This document shows positions 49,136 through 51,183 of a stretch of DNA of 51,183 bases, piece after piece. A program made the position numbers and the translations under genes. Below the pieces are notes generated by a model. It saw nothing but the letters and a program-made list of their open reading frames with translations. It had not been told where the DNA came from and ran no database searches. The DNA comes from Negativicutes bacterium (lineage in GTDB: Bacteria > Bacillota > Negativicutes > Sporomusales > JAOACF01), in NCBI GenBank assembly GCA_026417995.1, contig JAOACF010000002.1, positions 1 to 51,183 on the forward strand. Direction: 5' to 3'. Numbering within the stretch: position 1 is the stretch's first letter; the number at the start of each line of letters is the position of its first letter.

Positions 49136-49483
49136 ATGAAAAAAAGTGCTGGTCAACAGGTGCTGTTCTCCGGCTACGCCAAGCTCCCGACCGGAATCAC
49201 CGCTAGTGAAATGTATAAAGTAATTGGCGTTGTTGTGCTGATTGACGTAGACACCGGAGAGATCGTAGAAGCTGACTGCACGTTGGCTACTCACGTCGCC
49301 CGCAAACACGTTTCCTCCGCTTTAATTGGATATTCTTTAAAAAATGGCCCCGATCAAATACTCCGGGTTATTGATCAAATCTATCAAGGAAGCGCAAAAA
49401 AGGCGATTATTACTGCCTTACGCATTATTTACGATAAGTACCGTAGCTATAAAGAGGGCTTAGCGCCAAGCGCTCTGGACTAA
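49136..49483 (+). CDS. Small soluble protein of unknown function (possibly DUF3870 family; from memory only)
   Basis: 115 aa with a strong SD (AAGGAGG), starting 18 nt after the preceding gene. Confidence 0.6.
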   Translation: MKKSAGQQVLFSGYAKLPTGITASEMYKVIGVVVLIDVDTGEIVEADCTLATHVARKHVSSALIGYSLKNGPDQILRVIDQIYQGSAKKAIITALRIIYDKYRSYKEGLAPSALD

Positions 49484-49497
49484 TAGGAGGGTGTATC

Positions 49498-49854
49498 TTG
49501 AATGAAAGCATGAAATTAACGGGCGTTGGTTTCTTGGTTGGCATCTTGAGCGGCTTGCTTGGCGTTGGCGGCGGGGTCTTTTTGGTGCCTATCATGGTTA
49601 CATACTTCAGTATCACGCAGCATATCGCCCATGCCACATCGTTGGCGGTAGTCATTCCTACGGCAATCGTCAGCAGTATCGTTTACGGCTTTCACGGGCA
49701 GACCGATATGGTGCTTTCGTTGCAGATCATTGCCGGCAGCATTTTGGGAGCCAGTATTGGAGCACGCCTGATGAAAAAAATCCCGGCCGCCCAGCTTAAG
49801 CGTCTCTTTGGGCTGATGCTGGCTTTGGTTGGTCTAAGGATGGTGCTATCATGA
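49498..49854 (+). CDS. Half-size (4-TM) TSUP / TauE-SafE family permease, subunit A
   Basis: 118 aa. Contains ..GILSGLLGVGGGVFLVP.. and ..LFGLMLALVGLRM.., typical of one TSUP repeat unit. AGGAGGG SD. Confidence 0.82.
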   Translation: MNESMKLTGVGFLVGILSGLLGVGGGVFLVPIMVTYFSITQHIAHATSLAVVIPTAIVSSIVYGFHGQTDMVLSLQIIAGSILGASIGARLMKKIPAAQLKRLFGLMLALVGLRMVLS

Positions 49855-50225
49855 CACTTTGGGCAACTGCAATTGCAATGGGAATGGCTACTGGAATACT
49901 GAGCGGTCTCATGGGAGTAGGCGGAGGCGTAATACTCGTACCCATGCTCGCAGTTTTCCTGGGTATCCCGCAACATACGGCGCAGGGAATATCAATGATC
50001 GTTATCATTCCTACGGCCATTGCCGGAATTATGCATCTAATGAAAGAAAAGCTCGTCAATTATCGTGTAGCCGGATTTTTAGCGCTCGGCGCTGTCTGCG
50101 GCTCACTGATCAGCGCTAATTTTGTGCAATATATTCCGGGCGACGCCCTGAAAAAAATTTTTGGTATTTTCGTCATCTTCACCGGTATTCGTATGATTTT
50201 GGCTAAACCGAAACAGACTAAATAA
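49851..50225 (+). CDS. Half-size (4-TM) TSUP / TauE-SafE family permease, subunit B
   Basis: 124 aa. Contains ..GILSGLMGVGGGVILVP.. and ..IFGIFVIFTGIRM... It is paralogous to subunit A, and its start overlaps the subunit A stop (ATGA). Confidence 0.82.
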   Translation: MTLWATAIAMGMATGILSGLMGVGGGVILVPMLAVFLGIPQHTAQGISMIVIIPTAIAGIMHLMKEKLVNYRVAGFLALGAVCGSLISANFVQYIPGDALKKIFGIFVIFTGIRMILAKPKQTK

Positions 50226-50299
50226 CCGTTTGTTTGTTTATAAACCCCCAAAAAAGTGGGAACACTGGAAACAGAAGCCATTAACAAGGGGGGTACAAT

Positions 50300-50425
50300 A
50301 TGGACTGCATTATGGGCGAACAATGCAATTGCATCTTTAATAAAACAGGAAAATGTCATGACAGGCCGGAACCGGAACCAATACCCTGCTTAGGCCAAGT
50401 CTGCATGAATATGAAAACGAGGTAA
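50300..50425 (+). CDS. Candidate micro-ORF: 41-aa six-cysteine peptide
   Basis: Not in the supplied ORF track. AAGGGGGG lies 6 nt upstream of ATG 50300. Translation: MDCIMGEQCNCIFNKTGKCHDRPEPEPIPCLGQVCMNMKTR. Two hairpins follow directly. Confidence 0.45.
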   Translation: MDCIMGEQCNCIFNKTGKCHDRPEPEPIPCLGQVCMNMKTR

Positions 50426-50426
50426 A

Positions 50427-50485
50427 GGGGGCACTGTGAGTGCCCCCCTGGCTGTCGACAAAGTCATGTCGGCAGCCTTTTAATT
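50427..50485 (+). terminator. Tandem hairpins; the second is a Rho-independent terminator
   Basis: GGGGGCAC TGTGA GTGCCCCC (50427-50447) comes first. Then GGCTGTCGAC (50450-50459) pairs with GTCGGCAGCC (50468-50477), followed by TTTTAATTT. Confidence 0.75.
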
Positions 50486-50489
50486 TGCC

Positions 50490-51183
50490 TGAACATCTCC
50501 AAATTAAGCGATAAATGTAGTATAATTAAGATAATTAAAGATTTGGGGAGATAATCATGCTAAAAAAGAAAAACCGCGTAGCTACGGACCAAGTGGAATT
50601 TGTTTGCCTCAGCGCTCTCGTTCCTGAAGATCATTTGCTCCGTGCAGTCGATGCCAGTATAAACTTTGATTTCATTTATGATACAGTTAAAGATCTATAC
50701 AGCGAAGATACCGGTAGACCGAGCGTTGACCCAGTAGTTCTCATTAAGCTACTTATGCTGCAGGTTCTTTACGGTATAAAATCCATGCGCCAAACAGTTA
50801 GCGAGGCAGAAATGAATATCGCCTACCGCTGGTTTTTAGGATACGGCTTTCAAGAAAAAATACCTCATTTCTCTACCATCGGTAAAAACTACGAACGCCG
50901 CTTCAAAGAAAGCAATTTGTTTGAAAAAATATTTGAAAAGATTTTAATTGAGGCTATCGAATGTGGTTTTGTTAAGGCTGATGCCGTTTTCATTGACGCC
51001 ACTCATATTAAAGCGAATGCCAATAAAAACAAGTACGTAAAAAAGATGGCGCAGCATCGGGTTCATAAGTACAAGCGTGATCTCATGCTAGAGATAAATG
51101 CCGATCGCGAGGAACCCAGAAAAAGCCCATTTGACAACGACGATGACGATGACTCGGAAATCAATAAATCCGCACCAAAAGAG
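50490..51183 (+). mobile_element. Partial insertion sequence at the contig end (left boundary approximate)
   Basis: The transposase gene starts ~70 nt after the terminator of the preceding operon. The left inverted repeat was not identified because the right end is absent. Confidence 0.6.
50557..51183 (+). CDS. IS1182-family (IS5/IS1182 superfamily) transposase, N-terminal 209 aa; runs off the window
   Basis: ATG 50557 follows a GGGGAG SD, and the frame is open to the last base. Contains MLKKKNRVATDQVEFVCLSALVPEDHLLR...GRPSVDPVVLIKLLMLQVLYGIKSMRQ...AYRWFLGY...IPHFSTI...FIDATHIKANANK. Confidence 0.8.
   Translation, partial: MLKKKNRVATDQVEFVCLSALVPEDHLLRAVDASINFDFIYDTVKDLYSEDTGRPSVDPVVLIKLLMLQVLYGIKSMRQTVSEAEMNIAYRWFLGYGFQEKIPHFSTIGKNYERRFKESNLFEKIFEKILIEAIECGFVKADAVFIDATHIKANANKNKYVKKMAQHRVHKYKRDLMLEINADREEPRKSPFDNDDDDDSEINKSAPKE

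Noticed and set aside
50060-50359. 99-aa minus-strand ORF overlapping the end of TSUP subunit B and the micro-ORF
   Set aside because: It is mostly antisense to a clear membrane-protein gene, has no SD, and has no terminator in the appropriate orientation.
50300-50425. The Cys6 micro-ORF as a SCIFF/ranthipeptide precursor
   Set aside because: It lacks the SCIFF core pattern (GGCGECQTSCQSACKTSC-like) as I remember it. No radical SAM maturase, protease or exporter of RiPP type is adjacent. It is kept only as an unclassified candidate peptide.
1-51183. Search for tRNA/rRNA genes, CRISPR arrays, toxin-antitoxin pairs, defence systems, prophage or biosynthetic clusters
   Set aside because: Every intergenic region longer than 100 nt is accounted for by promoters, leaders, a riboswitch or terminators. 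No cloverleaf-like sequence, repeat-spacer array or characteristic defence, phage or BGC enzyme was seen. Apart from its last 3 kb, the window is core housekeeping DNA.

Overview
This 51.2-kb window appears to be one whole draft-assembly contig. It starts with a library-adapter remnant (bases 3-21) and runs off its 3' end inside an IS transposase.

The content is almost entirely conserved housekeeping and sporulation-associated genes of an endospore-forming Firmicute. I cannot name the genus from sequence alone. The gene set would fit Negativicutes or Clostridia-like spore formers.

About 47 CDS lie on the + strand and only 2 on the - strand. Gene order closely follows the Bacillus subtilis polC-to-spoVS region, in three blocks:
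- polC (partial), rimP-nusA-ylxR-ylxQ-infB-rbfA-nrnA-truB-ribF, rpsO, pnp, a ylxY-like deacetylase, an M16 peptidase and ymxH.
- A lysine-riboswitch-controlled dapB-asd-dapG-dapA operon, then rnj, tepA-ylzJ, ftsK, mnmH, rodZ, ygiQ, rimO and cinA.
- A DEAD-box helicase, rpmE (-), recA with a LexA box, rny, ymdB, spoVS, pepA and a PHP phosphoesterase.

I found no tRNA, rRNA, CRISPR array, prophage, defence island or biosynthetic gene cluster.

The least ordinary part is the 3' end (48.2-50.5 kb). It looks like a single operon encoding a Walker-A P-loop/Asp23 fusion protein, a small protein of unknown function, two tandem half-size (4-TM) TSUP/TauE-SafE permease genes and a 41-aa six-cysteine micro-ORF. 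This is my best candidate for an undescribed module, but the evidence is only gene organisation plus domain recognition.

Other points worth a second look:
- A probable AUU start codon for RNase Y.
- A GH18 hydrolase pseudogene that has lost its catalytic half.
- Five tandem 39-nt coding repeats in a Q/N/P-rich IF-2 N-terminus.
- Several lineage-specific insertions relative to Bacillus synteny.

All calls rest on reading the sequence and recalling family motifs. No database search was run.
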